Shown here: positions 1 through 8,257 of the stretch, one piece after another | Position numbering within the stretch: the first letter of the stretch is position 1 | How the letters are laid out: each line of letters starts with the position of its first letter | From: Armatimonadota bacterium | GTDB lineage: Bacteria > Armatimonadota > SYMT01 | Assembly (NCBI GenBank): GCA_046292385.1 | Contig: JBKBRF010000001.1 | Coordinates: 223,305 to 287,304 of the forward strand | Direction of reading: 5' to 3' | Length of the DNA stretch: 64,000 nt | Notes under the pieces: model-generated | What the model was told of the DNA's origin: nothing | Databases searched by the model: none | The model's input: only the letters and a program-made list of their open reading frames with translations | Position numbers and translations under genes: made by a program

Positions 1-210
1 CGCGTGCCGGAGATCCTGCTCTCCGGGAACCACCAGGCGGTGGAGCTGTGGCGGCGGGAGCAGGCGCTCCGGCGGACCCTGGAGCGCCGGCGCGACCTGT
101 TCCTGCGGCACGAGCTAACGGTGGAAGACCAGAAGCTGCTCGGCCTGATTCCGCCGAAGAAGAAGCGCCGGCGCCGGAAGCCGGAAGAGGGAGAACCGAA
201 TGCGTCGTGA
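1..210 (+). CDS. trmD: tRNA (guanine-N1)-methyltransferase, C-terminal part (5' truncated by window)
   Basis: [29 protein letters not shown] is the conserved TrmD C-terminal motif, followed by a Lys/Arg-rich tail. Confidence 0.9.
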   Translation, partial: RVPEILLSGNHQAVELWRREQALRRTLERRRDLFLRHELTVEDQKLLGLIPPKKKRRRRKPEEGEPNAS

Positions 211-790
211 GAGTGCCCGCGGAAACAAGCCGAAGAAGGGGAAGAGCGCCCCGGCGACCCAGCCCCCGCAGGACGCGCCGGAGCGGGCCCGCGATCTCCT
301 CCTCCGGCTGGAGACCGGCGGTCCGAACCCGGTGAACGCCGCGGAAGAGCTCGACCGCCTGCAGGGCCGCCTGGAGCGGGACGGCACGCTGGAGCTGTTT
401 CGGGAGCACGTCGCCGAGCTGGCCGACGCATGGTCGGAGACCGCGCTCCGCGGGGAGCGAGGGCGGGCGTGGCTGACGCTGGTGGGCGCCTACGACCTGA
501 AGGAGCACACGCTCCTGGTGGCGAACCTGGCGCTCGATCCAGGCCTGCCTGGGCCGCTGCGCTCCCAGGCGTGTCACGTCCTGGCGCGCCTGGGCGGGGA
601 GACCGCCTCCGGCGCGCTGCAGCAGGTGCTGCTCTCCGGCGGCGACGCGCAGGTCCGCGCCGCGTCCGCGGAGAGCCTGGGGCTGCTCCGGGACCGCTCC
701 GTGCGTCCCGTCCTGGAGACGCTGCTGGAGGAGGACCTCCCTCGTAACGTCTGGAACGCGGTTAGCGAGGCGGCGGACCGCCTGCGCTGA
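200..790 (+). CDS. HEAT-repeat protein
   Basis: HEAT/PBS-like units [36 protein letters not shown]; overlaps the trmD stop. Confidence 0.7.
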   Translation: MRRESARGNKPKKGKSAPATQPPQDAPERARDLLLRLETGGPNPVNAAEELDRLQGRLERDGTLELFREHVAELADAWSETALRGERGRAWLTLVGAYDLKEHTLLVANLALDPGLPGPLRSQACHVLARLGGETASGALQQVLLSGGDAQVRAASAESLGLLRDRSVRPVLETLLEEDLPRNVWNAVSEAADRLR

Positions 791-828
791 CGAGCCGGCC
801 GGCGCGAGACCCGCCGCACTCTCCCGGA

Positions 829-2112
829 GTGCCGATGCTGATTCTCGCCGCCGCGCTGATCGATGGAACCGGCGCGGAGCCGTCTCGTGATATCGCCGTT
901 CTGCTCGACGGCGAGCGGATCACCCGGGTGCTGCCCCAACGCGACCTCGAGCGCACCGCCCGGGAAGGACGGGAGGTGCTCGACCTTGGCGACGCCACGC
1001 TGCTGCCGGGCTTGATCGACACGCACGTCCACCTCACCTTCAGCGCGGCCCCCACGCACGAGGAAGTACGCCGCGCCGTGACGGAGGAGAGTGACGCCAC
1101 CCTCGCCCTGCGGGCGATCGGCAACGCGCAGGCTCACCTCGCCGGCGGGGTCACCACCGTGCGCGATGTCGGCGGGCGCGGCTTCGTCGCCCTGGCGGTG
1201 CGGGACGCAGTCGCCGCCGGCATCGTTCTCGGCCCGCGCATCCTCGCCTCGGGCCCCGCGATCACCACCCGCACGGGGCACCTGAACTACCTCGGGGCGG
1301 TGGCGGACGATGCGGAGGAGGTCCGGATGAGGGTCGCGGAGGTGCTCGACGCCGGGGCCGACCTGGTGAAGATCTGCGCGACGGGCGGGATCATGACCGC
1401 CGAGTCGGACCCGATGCAGAGCCAGTACACGGCGGAAGAGCTGCGGGCGGCGGTGGAGGTGGCGGAAGCGCGCGGCAAGCTCGTGGCGGCCCACGTACTC
1501 ACCACCGACGGCGTGGAGCGCTGCGTGGAGGCGGGGGTCCGCAGCCTGGAGCACTGCCTGTTCCAGGAAGCCCCCGGCGAGTACCGGTTCCGTCCGGAGC
1601 TGGCCGAGCGGATGCGGGACCGGGGAATCTTCGCCGGCCTGACGTACGCGGGAATCACGCAGGCCCGGTACCGCCGCGAGGTGCTGGGCGAGGCGGTGGG
1701 AGAGCTCGGAATCTGGCAGGAGCGGCTGATGCGGCGGGGCGCGGCAGAGCGGGCGCTGATCGACGCCGGGGTCCGGTACGTGCTCCACTCCGACTGCGGC
1801 GTGCGGGAGACGCCGTTCGGCGAGTTCTGGCGGGTGCTCGCGTCCGCCTGCTACGAGCTCTCCCTCTCGCCGCTGGAGGCGATCCGGGCCGCCACCGGCA
1901 CCGCCGCCGAGCTGCTGGGGCTGGGGGCGGAGCTGGGCAGCGTCGCCCCCGGCAAGCGCGCGGACCTGCTGGCGGTGAGCGGCCGGCCGGAAGAGCGGAT
2001 CAAGGCGCTGGCCCGGCCCGGGATGGTGATGCGCGACGGCCGGGTGGTCAGCCGCGAACGGGACGGCGGGGGCTCGCTCCGCGCCCCCTTCTGCCCGGAA
2101 CGGCGCGCGTGA
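829..2112 (+). CDS. Metal-dependent amidohydrolase (Xaa-Pro dipeptidase-like subgroup)
   Basis: LLPGLIDTHVH, GVTTVRDVG, VKICATGG, AAH, SLEH, GSVAPGKRADL; alternative ATG at 835. Confidence 0.85.
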   Translation: MPMLILAAALIDGTGAEPSRDIAVLLDGERITRVLPQRDLERTAREGREVLDLGDATLLPGLIDTHVHLTFSAAPTHEEVRRAVTEESDATLALRAIGNAQAHLAGGVTTVRDVGGRGFVALAVRDAVAAGIVLGPRILASGPAITTRTGHLNYLGAVADDAEEVRMRVAEVLDAGADLVKICATGGIMTAESDPMQSQYTAEELRAAVEVAEARGKLVAAHVLTTDGVERCVEAGVRSLEHCLFQEAPGEYRFRPELAERMRDRGIFAGLTYAGITQARYRREVLGEAVGELGIWQERLMRRGAAERALIDAGVRYVLHSDCGVRETPFGEFWRVLASACYELSLSPLEAIRAATGTAAELLGLGAELGSVAPGKRADLLAVSGRPEERIKALARPGMVMRDGRVVSRERDGGGSLRAPFCPERRA

Positions 2113-2201
2113 TCTGGGCTATAATGCAGAGGCCCCCGGCAGGTGCCGGTGGGGTCTGCGGTGCGCGTGGTCGCCCCATACCGATCGGTAGCCGTCAGAT
2201 T

Positions 2202-2549
2202 ATGTACGCCATTAACTTCTATACGTCCCTCTACGAGGACATGCTGGTCCGCGGCCGCAAGACGGCCACCATCCGCCTGGGTGACAAGGTCGAAAAGTAC
2301 AAGCCGGGCGAGCTGGTGTGGATTACGGTGGGCCAGCGCTTCGGGCGCCGCCGGAAGCTCTTCACCGCGATCATCGACTCCGTCACGGTGAAGCCGCTCA
2401 TGGACGTCACCCCGCGGGAGCTGGACCGCGAGAACCCGGAGATGCGGACGCACGGCGAGCTGGCCAAGTTTCTCGCGATGATTTACGACCGCCCGGTGGC
2501 CCAGGACGACATCGTGACCGTCGTCCACTTCTCGCCGGTCAGCGAGTAG
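2202..2549 (+). CDS. ASCH domain (PUA-like) RNA-binding protein
   Basis: GRKTATIR fits the ASCH GxKxxxxR motif; ATG at 2202 chosen; a TATAAT lies at 2120-2125 upstream. Confidence 0.75.
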   Translation: MYAINFYTSLYEDMLVRGRKTATIRLGDKVEKYKPGELVWITVGQRFGRRRKLFTAIIDSVTVKPLMDVTPRELDRENPEMRTHGELAKFLAMIYDRPVAQDDIVTVVHFSPVSE

Positions 2550-2576
2550 GCGCAAGCTCCGCAGCAGGCATGAAAC

Positions 2577-2608
2577 AGAGGGGAGGCTCCGGATGGGGCC
2601 TCCCCTCT
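2577..2608. terminator. Hairpin between the convergent ASCH and pcp genes
   Basis: AGAGGGGAGGCTCC-GGAT-GGGGCCTCCCCTCT, 14-bp stem with one G:U; no clear U-tract. Confidence 0.5.
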
Positions 2609-2789
2609 ACGTATGTCAACCGCCGGGGCGGATTGGGAGCGCGGCAGCCGGCGCCCAACCGCCGCGCTCGTGTCGTGGGCCGGTATGCAGTTCGGCGGGA
2701 GCGCGGTAGCTGGGCGCCGGGAGATCGCGCTCATATCTCCAGGACCCGGAGGGCTCTGCCACGGTTCCGTGTGCGTTACCGGCCTTTGT

Positions 2790-3404
2790 TCATGGAGAGC
2801 CCGCCAGGCAGGCGATCGTGGCTCGGATCGCGCGCGCGATCTCTTCCACCGGAAGGAATGCCTGCCCCGCGGAGGCTTGCTCCGGCAGCGCCGGGAGGTG
2901 CAGAAAGCCGGCCGGTGGAGCGGTAGGGTCGCGCTCCCGCCGCCGCAGCGAGCGGTAGAGCACGTGGTTGCAGAGGTAAATCCCCGCGTGGTTGGAAGTG
3001 ACCGCGGGGACGCCCTCCGCGCGGATCGCCTCGGTGATCCGCTCCACGGGCAGGGGAGAGACGAGCGCGGCGGGTCCGTCCGGCTCGATCCACTGCTGCG
3101 GCGATTCCGGGGTGGGGAGGCTGCTCTCCACATACCGCACGTTCACCGCCAGCCGCTCCGGGCGCACGTGAGAGGCGCCGGTAGCCTGCCCGGTATGCAG
3201 CAGGAGATCGTACCGCTCCGCCGCCAGCTCGCGCTCCACCGCCTCGGTATCGCGGTCGTAGCTCACGGGCAGCACGGCGAAGCGCAGGTCCCAGTGGCGG
3301 CCCCACTGCTCCAGGAAGAGCCGGCAGCCCTCCAGGCTGGAGTTGAGGCCGGTGCCGTCGAACGGCTCGAACGCCGTCAGCAGGATCCGCATTCGCTCCG
3401 GCAC
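2790..3404 (-). CDS. pcp: Pyroglutamyl-peptidase I (peptidase C15)
   Basis: RILLTAFEPF; catalytic E (PERLAVN), C (AGIYLCN) and H (GFLHLP); alternative ATG at 3392. Confidence 0.9.
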   Translation of the reverse strand: MPERMRILLTAFEPFDGTGLNSSLEGCRLFLEQWGRHWDLRFAVLPVSYDRDTEAVERELAAERYDLLLHTGQATGASHVRPERLAVNVRYVESSLPTPESPQQWIEPDGPAALVSPLPVERITEAIRAEGVPAVTSNHAGIYLCNHVLYRSLRRRERDPTAPPAGFLHLPALPEQASAGQAFLPVEEIARAIRATIACLAGSP

Positions 3405-3406
3405 TT

Positions 3407-3889
3407 TTAAGCGATCAGGGCCTTGTTAAAGCAGGAGATCAGCTCCTGCGGCACCGCAGACTGGTCCCGGCCCGTGAAGACGAGGAGACACTCGTCGTTC
3501 ACCAGCTTCTCCTTCGACTGCCGCAGCCAGGAGCAGAGCGTCTTCGCCAGGCTGTCGTCTCCCTCGTGCAGCTTCTTCCACTTCGCCAGCGCGGCATCCA
3601 GCTTGTCCAGGTACATTACGCTGTTCTTCTGCGCCTCGCACAGCCGCAGCAGGTTCTCCAACTGGTGCTGCGCGTCGTGGTTTTCGAACAGCTCCATCAG
3701 GTTGCACATCAGCACGTCGCGTCCGAGCCGGTCCGCGATCCGACCCACGGCGGCCGCTTTGCCGGTCCCGGGAGGGGCCAGGATCAAGACGGCGGCGTCG
3801 GTCGCCCCGGTCTGGACCAGCCAGTCGTTCAGCCCGGGGATGTCTACGGAACCTTTCAGCTCGTCGGCGTGCAGATTGCGGAAGTGCAT
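3407..3889 (-). CDS. Small stand-alone AAA-like protein with degenerate Walker motifs
   Basis: VLILAPPGTGKAA (Walker A-like) and MYLDKLD (Walker B with Glu replaced by Lys); RBS GGAG upstream. Confidence 0.6.
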   Translation of the reverse strand: MHFRNLHADELKGSVDIPGLNDWLVQTGATDAAVLILAPPGTGKAAAVGRIADRLGRDVLMCNLMELFENHDAQHQLENLLRLCEAQKNSVMYLDKLDAALAKWKKLHEGDDSLAKTLCSWLRQSKEKLVNDECLLVFTGRDQSAVPQELISCFNKALIA

Positions 3890-4041
3890 GGGTCTTCTCC
3901 TTGGGCGGGAGGTGGGGAGGGGGAGTCCATCGCCTTTAACGTTGCCCCGGGAGAGGGTGTCGAAACGCGATTCGTACCCCCGCCCCGCCGCGGGAACCGA
4001 AGCCTTACCGGGAGGTTCGCCGGGCCGTCTGGGGAGCCCTC

Positions 4042-4223
4042 TAAAGGCTAAAGGCAGAAGGCTAAAGGCTAAAGTCCGAACCGTCCGTTAGCGGGAGGTC
4101 TTGCTCCTGCTACTACTCTTGCTCTTGCTCGCTGGCGAGCTTCGATTCTCCGGCGCGTCCTCGCCAGCTTAGGCCGTGCGGTGGCGGAGCTCGTTCTCTT
4201 TCTCCTTCTCGTTCTCTTTCTCC
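4042..4223. repeat. Cluster of short-period intergenic repeats
   Basis: 7-mer (AAAGGCT/GAAGGCT) array at about 4042-4074; CTCTTG-type 6-mers at about 4100-4131; CTCNTT x about 6 at 4190-4223. Confidence 0.6.
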
Positions 4224-4485
4224 AGGCCGCTGCCCGGGTGAACGCAGGCTCCGGCGCGGGGCGGCGAAGGCAGTAATCCGTCCGCCCGCAGCCTTGCGGC
4301 TCCGTTGCTCGCTACGCTAGCACCACTCAAAGCCGCGGCGGGAACGCGCGGCCCCCGGGCCGGGTCCGAAGTAGCACTGAACGGAAGCGGCGGAGCGGGC
4401 AACTATTCTGGCAAGGCAGACCGGCTTCGGGACGCTCGTCACCAGCTCACTGCGACGGCGCCTCGGAATCGCTACCTGGCGGGAA

Positions 4486-4513
4486 GCAACCGAAGAACCG
4501 GTTTTCTCGTCTA
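4486..4513 (+). promoter_or_regulatory. ECF-sigma-like promoter GCAAC-N17-CGTCTA upstream of the sigma factor gene
   Basis: GCAAC at 4486-4490 and CGTC at 4508-4511; the same spacing recurs at four other gene starts. Confidence 0.65.
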
Positions 4514-4612
4514 TTAGAGCAAGGACCGGTGGCTCTCCCGGGGCCGAACCGTGGACCGGCGGTGGATTCCACCGCGGCGCGGGGCGGCTCCGTCCACTGC
4601 AGAGGTACATCC

Positions 4613-5512
4613 ATGGCCGAGCATGTTGGGGCGCTCGAACGATGGCTGCGCTACAGCCGCAGCGGGGATGAGGAAGATCCGCTCGCGGAGGCGCGGCCGC
4701 GGATCTCCCGCAACAGCCTGACCTACTCCACGCATCACCGCCTGCTCAGCGCGCGGGAGGAAGTGATCCTCGCGGCGCGAGCCCGCAGCGGCGACCCGGC
4801 CGCGCGCCAGGCGATGATGGAGGCGAACATCCGGCTGGTGATGAGCGTGGCGCGGAGGTACACCTGCAAGAGCCTGACGTTCGAGGACCTGGTGCAGGAG
4901 GGGATCGTCGGCCTGCTGGAGGCGATCAACAAGTTCGACGGCACCCTGGGCAACCGGTTCAGCACCTACGCCACCTACTGGATCCGCCAGGCGATCGTGC
5001 GCGCCATCGAGAAGCAGGACCGCCTGATCCGGCTCCCCGTCTACGGCTGCGACGCGGTGCGGAAAGTGGAGCGGGTGACCCGCGCCCTCGCCGACTCGCT
5101 GGGCCGCGAGCCGAGCCCGGAAGAGGTGGCGCGCGAGACCGGGCTGCCGCTCCGGCTGGTCAAGAACATCGAGAAGTACGGGCAGGACCCGCTCTCGCTT
5201 GACGTGCTGGTGGGGGACAGCGAGGACACCGTCTTCTCCGACCTGGTGGTCGACGGCGACGCGATCGACCCCGCGGATACCGCGTTGAGCTCCATGGAGC
5301 GCGAGGTGCTGCTGGAGCAGGTGGAGCACCTGGAGCCGCGGGAGCAGCTGGTCATCCAGAAGCGGTTCGGGTTGGTCGACGGCCAGGTCTACACGCTCAA
5401 GGAGATCGCGGACCAGCTCAAGATGTCGCGCGAGGGAGTCCGCCACGTGCAGATCCGCGCCCTGCGGAAGCTGCGCGACGGCCTGCAGGGCGTGGGGCTG
5501 GTGCCGGCCTGA
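4613..5512 (+). CDS. RNA polymerase sigma-70 family factor (RpoD/RpoS-like, lacks region 1.1)
   Basis: LLSAREE (1.2), ANIRLVMSVARRY, DLVQEGIVGLLEAINKFD, RFSTYATYWIRQAI, IRLPV, TLKEIA..SREGVRHVQIRALRKLR; GAGGT RBS before ATG 4613. Confidence 0.9.
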   Translation: MAEHVGALERWLRYSRSGDEEDPLAEARPRISRNSLTYSTHHRLLSAREEVILAARARSGDPAARQAMMEANIRLVMSVARRYTCKSLTFEDLVQEGIVGLLEAINKFDGTLGNRFSTYATYWIRQAIVRAIEKQDRLIRLPVYGCDAVRKVERVTRALADSLGREPSPEEVARETGLPLRLVKNIEKYGQDPLSLDVLVGDSEDTVFSDLVVDGDAIDPADTALSSMEREVLLEQVEHLEPREQLVIQKRFGLVDGQVYTLKEIADQLKMSREGVRHVQIRALRKLRDGLQGVGLVPA

Positions 5513-5568
5513 CGCCGAATCGAGACCCCGCTCGCTGCGCGAGCCGGGGAAGTTGTCCGACGATTAGC

Positions 5569-5600
5569 GCGGGCGGGACCCCATGGTCCCGCCCGCTTCC
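5569..5600 (+). terminator. Probable terminator hairpin after the sigma factor
   Basis: GCGGGCGGGACC-CCAT-GGTCCCGCCCGC, perfect 12-bp stem followed by TTCC. Confidence 0.5.
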
Positions 5601-5675
5601 CGCGAATAGGGCACATTGCGGCTTTGCTGCCGCAGTCTTTCCGTTTCGAAGTAACTCGCTCTCACGAGGTGAACC

Positions 5676-6431
5676 ATGAAGATATCGACCCTCTCCCCGC
5701 GTCTGGTGCCCGCCGCGCTCGCCGCCGCGTGCAGCCTGGCGCTGGTCGCTCCCGTCTTCGCGCAGAAGACGCTCGATCACTACATCCAGCCCAGCCTGAA
5801 GGACCTGAGCGCCAGCGTGGACGTCGTCTCCAAAAACGACCGCGAGCTCGCCAAGATCGGCAAAGGCTACGTGGACGCCTACAAGCTCAGCAAGCAGGAA
5901 GTGTGGGCCAAGGAGCCCGGCCGCGTGCGCTTCCAGGGGAAGCAGGGCGTCTTCACCATTCGCTACGTCACCAACGGCAACCGCAAGCTGACGGAGGTGC
6001 CGACGCTGCGGATCAAGGACGTGGACGACATCAGCCAGGAGCCGTCGAAGGGCGACTCGATCGTCGACCTCGGCGTGATCAGCACCACGTGGGCGAACCG
6101 GGTGGTGAGCCGGTGGCTCCGCACGGAGCAGCGCGCCGGCAAGACGGTGCAGATCTTCCAGACCTGGTACAAGGAAGACCCCCGGCGCAAGTACACCTTC
6201 GTGCTCGACCCGGCGACCAAGACCGTGGTGGAGCGGATCGAGCATCACCGGAATAAGAAGAAGGAAGGCTACCGCAAGCGCCTCGTCTACAGCGAGGTCA
6301 AGCAGGTGGACGGCGTGAGCGTGCCGACTCGGGTGGAGCTCTACAACGGCGAAGGCAAGCTGGCCGGCGTGATGAAGTACGACGCGATCAAGATCAACAG
6401 CGGCCTGCCCGACACGATGTTCACCTTCTAA
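5676..6431 (+). CDS. Secreted LolA-like / outer-membrane lipoprotein-sorting fold protein
   Basis: Signal peptide (VFA|QK); KEPGRVRF; C-terminal VPTRVELYN...KINSGLPDTMFTF typical of LolA-like proteins. Confidence 0.6.
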   Translation: MKISTLSPRLVPAALAAACSLALVAPVFAQKTLDHYIQPSLKDLSASVDVVSKNDRELAKIGKGYVDAYKLSKQEVWAKEPGRVRFQGKQGVFTIRYVTNGNRKLTEVPTLRIKDVDDISQEPSKGDSIVDLGVISTTWANRVVSRWLRTEQRAGKTVQIFQTWYKEDPRRKYTFVLDPATKTVVERIEHHRNKKKEGYRKRLVYSEVKQVDGVSVPTRVELYNGEGKLAGVMKYDAIKINSGLPDTMFTF

Positions 6432-6638
6432 CCGGCGTTGCAGGGTTGCAGGTCGCAGGCCCCGACCGCTGACCGCTGACCCCTGCTAACCTGCCGCGGC
6501 AGCCGGTCCCTCCACGCGAGCGGGCCGGCTGCCGCGCTCGGCTTCTGGCCTCGTCGGGGTGCCTGGCGTGGAGGACTTCCGCGGGGGCGGCCGTGAACTG
6601 ACGCTCAGAACGCAGGATGGTCGCGCGAGGGGGCGGGA

Positions 6639-7223
6639 GTGTCGGGCAGGATCGAGGTGATCACGGGGCCGATGTTCAGCGGCAAGTCGACCGAGCTGCT
6701 CCGCCGGCTGCGGCTCGCCCAGATCGCGCGGAAGCGGACCGCCGCCTTCAAGCACGCGGCGGACGTTCGCTACGCCGAAGACGAGATCGCCACCCACGCG
6801 GAGCAGCGGAGCTGGGCCATGGCGGTCTCCACCGCCGGCGAGATCCTGGAATCGTGGCACACGCGCGCCGCGGCGGTAGTCGGGATCGACGAAGCGCAGT
6901 TCTTCGACGACAGCCTGGTGGATGTGGTGGAGGCGCTGGCCCGGCGCGGCAAGCGAGTGCTCGTGGCGGGGCTCAACCAGGACTCCTACGGGCGGCCGTT
7001 CCAGCCGATTCCGGAGCTGATGGCGCGGGCGGACGAAATCTTCCTCTCCCGCGCCGTATGCATGGTCTGCGGCGGAGACGCCACCAAGACCTTCCGCAAG
7101 CCGGGGGCGGCGGTGGCCCAGGTACTGGTGGGAACCGACGAGGAATACGAGGCGCGCTGCCGGGCCTGCTGGTATGCCGGCGAGCAAGCGAAGGAAACTT
7201 CTCCCCGTCTAGAAAACTCCTAA
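6639..7223 (+). CDS. tdk: Thymidine kinase
   Basis: GPMFSGKSTEL, IDEAQFF, AGL, Zn-binding CMVC...YEARCRAC. Confidence 0.95.
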   Translation: MSGRIEVITGPMFSGKSTELLRRLRLAQIARKRTAAFKHAADVRYAEDEIATHAEQRSWAMAVSTAGEILESWHTRAAAVVGIDEAQFFDDSLVDVVEALARRGKRVLVAGLNQDSYGRPFQPIPELMARADEIFLSRAVCMVCGGDATKTFRKPGAAVAQVLVGTDEEYEARCRACWYAGEQAKETSPRLENS

Positions 7224-7229
7224 AGGCCG

Positions 7230-7257
7230 GGAACACTTCCCAACACCGTGTCGTCGG
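7230..7257 (+). promoter_or_regulatory. ECF-sigma-like promoter GGAAC-N17-CGTC upstream of aroE-pilB
   Basis: GGAAC at 7230-7234 and CGTC at 7252-7255. Confidence 0.6.
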
Positions 7258-7283
7258 ACAGTTACTGGAGTTTCGCTCAGCTC

Positions 7284-8162
7284 GTGTTGCCTTTGATCAC
7301 CGGCCGAACCGAGGTGTACTGCGTTCTAGGCCACCCCGTGGGGCATTCCGTCTCCCCCGCAATGCAGAACGCGGCCCTGAAAGAAATGGGCCGGGACGGG
7401 GTATACGTTGCCTTCAACGTGGCGCCTGCGGATCTCCCCCGGGCCGTGGAAGGCCTGCGCGCGCTGGGTGTGAGGGGCGCGAACTGCACCATTCCCCATA
7501 AGGAAGCGCTCGTGGGGCTGGTCGATGAGCTCTCGGAAGAAGCGGAGCTCATCGGCGCGGTGAACACGCTGGTGTTCCGAGACGGGAAGGTTCGCGGAGA
7601 GAACACGGACGGCCGCGGGTTCCTGGCGGCCCTGCGCGAGGCAGGCGTCGAGCCGGAAGGCCAGCGGGCGGTAGTGCTGGGAGCCGGAGGGGCCGCGCGG
7701 GCGGTGGTGGTGGCGCTGGCGCAGTGCGGGGCCGAGGTGGCGATAAGCAATCGGACCGAAAGTCGCGCGAGTGAGCTGGCGCGAGAGGTGAACACCCGCC
7801 TCGGTGGTGAACGTGTATCGGTGGCCCCCGGAGAGGCGGCCGCACTGGGCCCGTTGGTGGCCCGGGCGAACCTGCTGGTGAACACGACGTCGGTGGGAAT
7901 GGCGCCGCAGGTCGACGCGATGCCGCCGGTCCCGGCCGAAGCGCTCCATCCGGGGCTGTTCGTATATGATTTGATTTACAATCCCCTCCAGACGCTGCTG
8001 CTGCGCACCGCCCGCTCGCGGGGGGCGCGCGGCACGCACGGGGCGGGGATGCTGGCGCACCAGGGCGCGCTCGCACTGGAGCATTGGACCGGGGTGCGAG
8101 GTCCGGCTCGCTTGATGGAACAGGTAATACTGCGGACCCTCGGCGCGGAAGCGACCGTCTGA
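7284..8162 (+). CDS. aroE: Shikimate dehydrogenase
   Basis: GHPVGHSVSPAMQN, GANCTIPHKE, IGAVNT, NTDG, LGAGGAARA, DLIYNP, GAGML; start uncertain (7248/7284/7293). Confidence 0.95.
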   Translation: MLPLITGRTEVYCVLGHPVGHSVSPAMQNAALKEMGRDGVYVAFNVAPADLPRAVEGLRALGVRGANCTIPHKEALVGLVDELSEEAELIGAVNTLVFRDGKVRGENTDGRGFLAALREAGVEPEGQRAVVLGAGGAARAVVVALAQCGAEVAISNRTESRASELAREVNTRLGGERVSVAPGEAAALGPLVARANLLVNTTSVGMAPQVDAMPPVPAEALHPGLFVYDLIYNPLQTLLLRTARSRGARGTHGAGMLAHQGALALEHWTGVRGPARLMEQVILRTLGAEATV

Positions 8163-8257
8163 GCCGCTCGAGACGGCTCAGGTGCGGGCGACCCGCCCGG
8201 GTGAGCCGCGGAGCGGTGCGACAGGGGCTGCATGTTCAGGAATAGGTCGGTATACCC

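Noticed and set aside
3890..4612. tRNA, riboswitch or small ORF in the long intergenic region
   Set aside because: No cloverleaf or known aptamer consensus recognised; the ORFs there look like repeat-derived noise.
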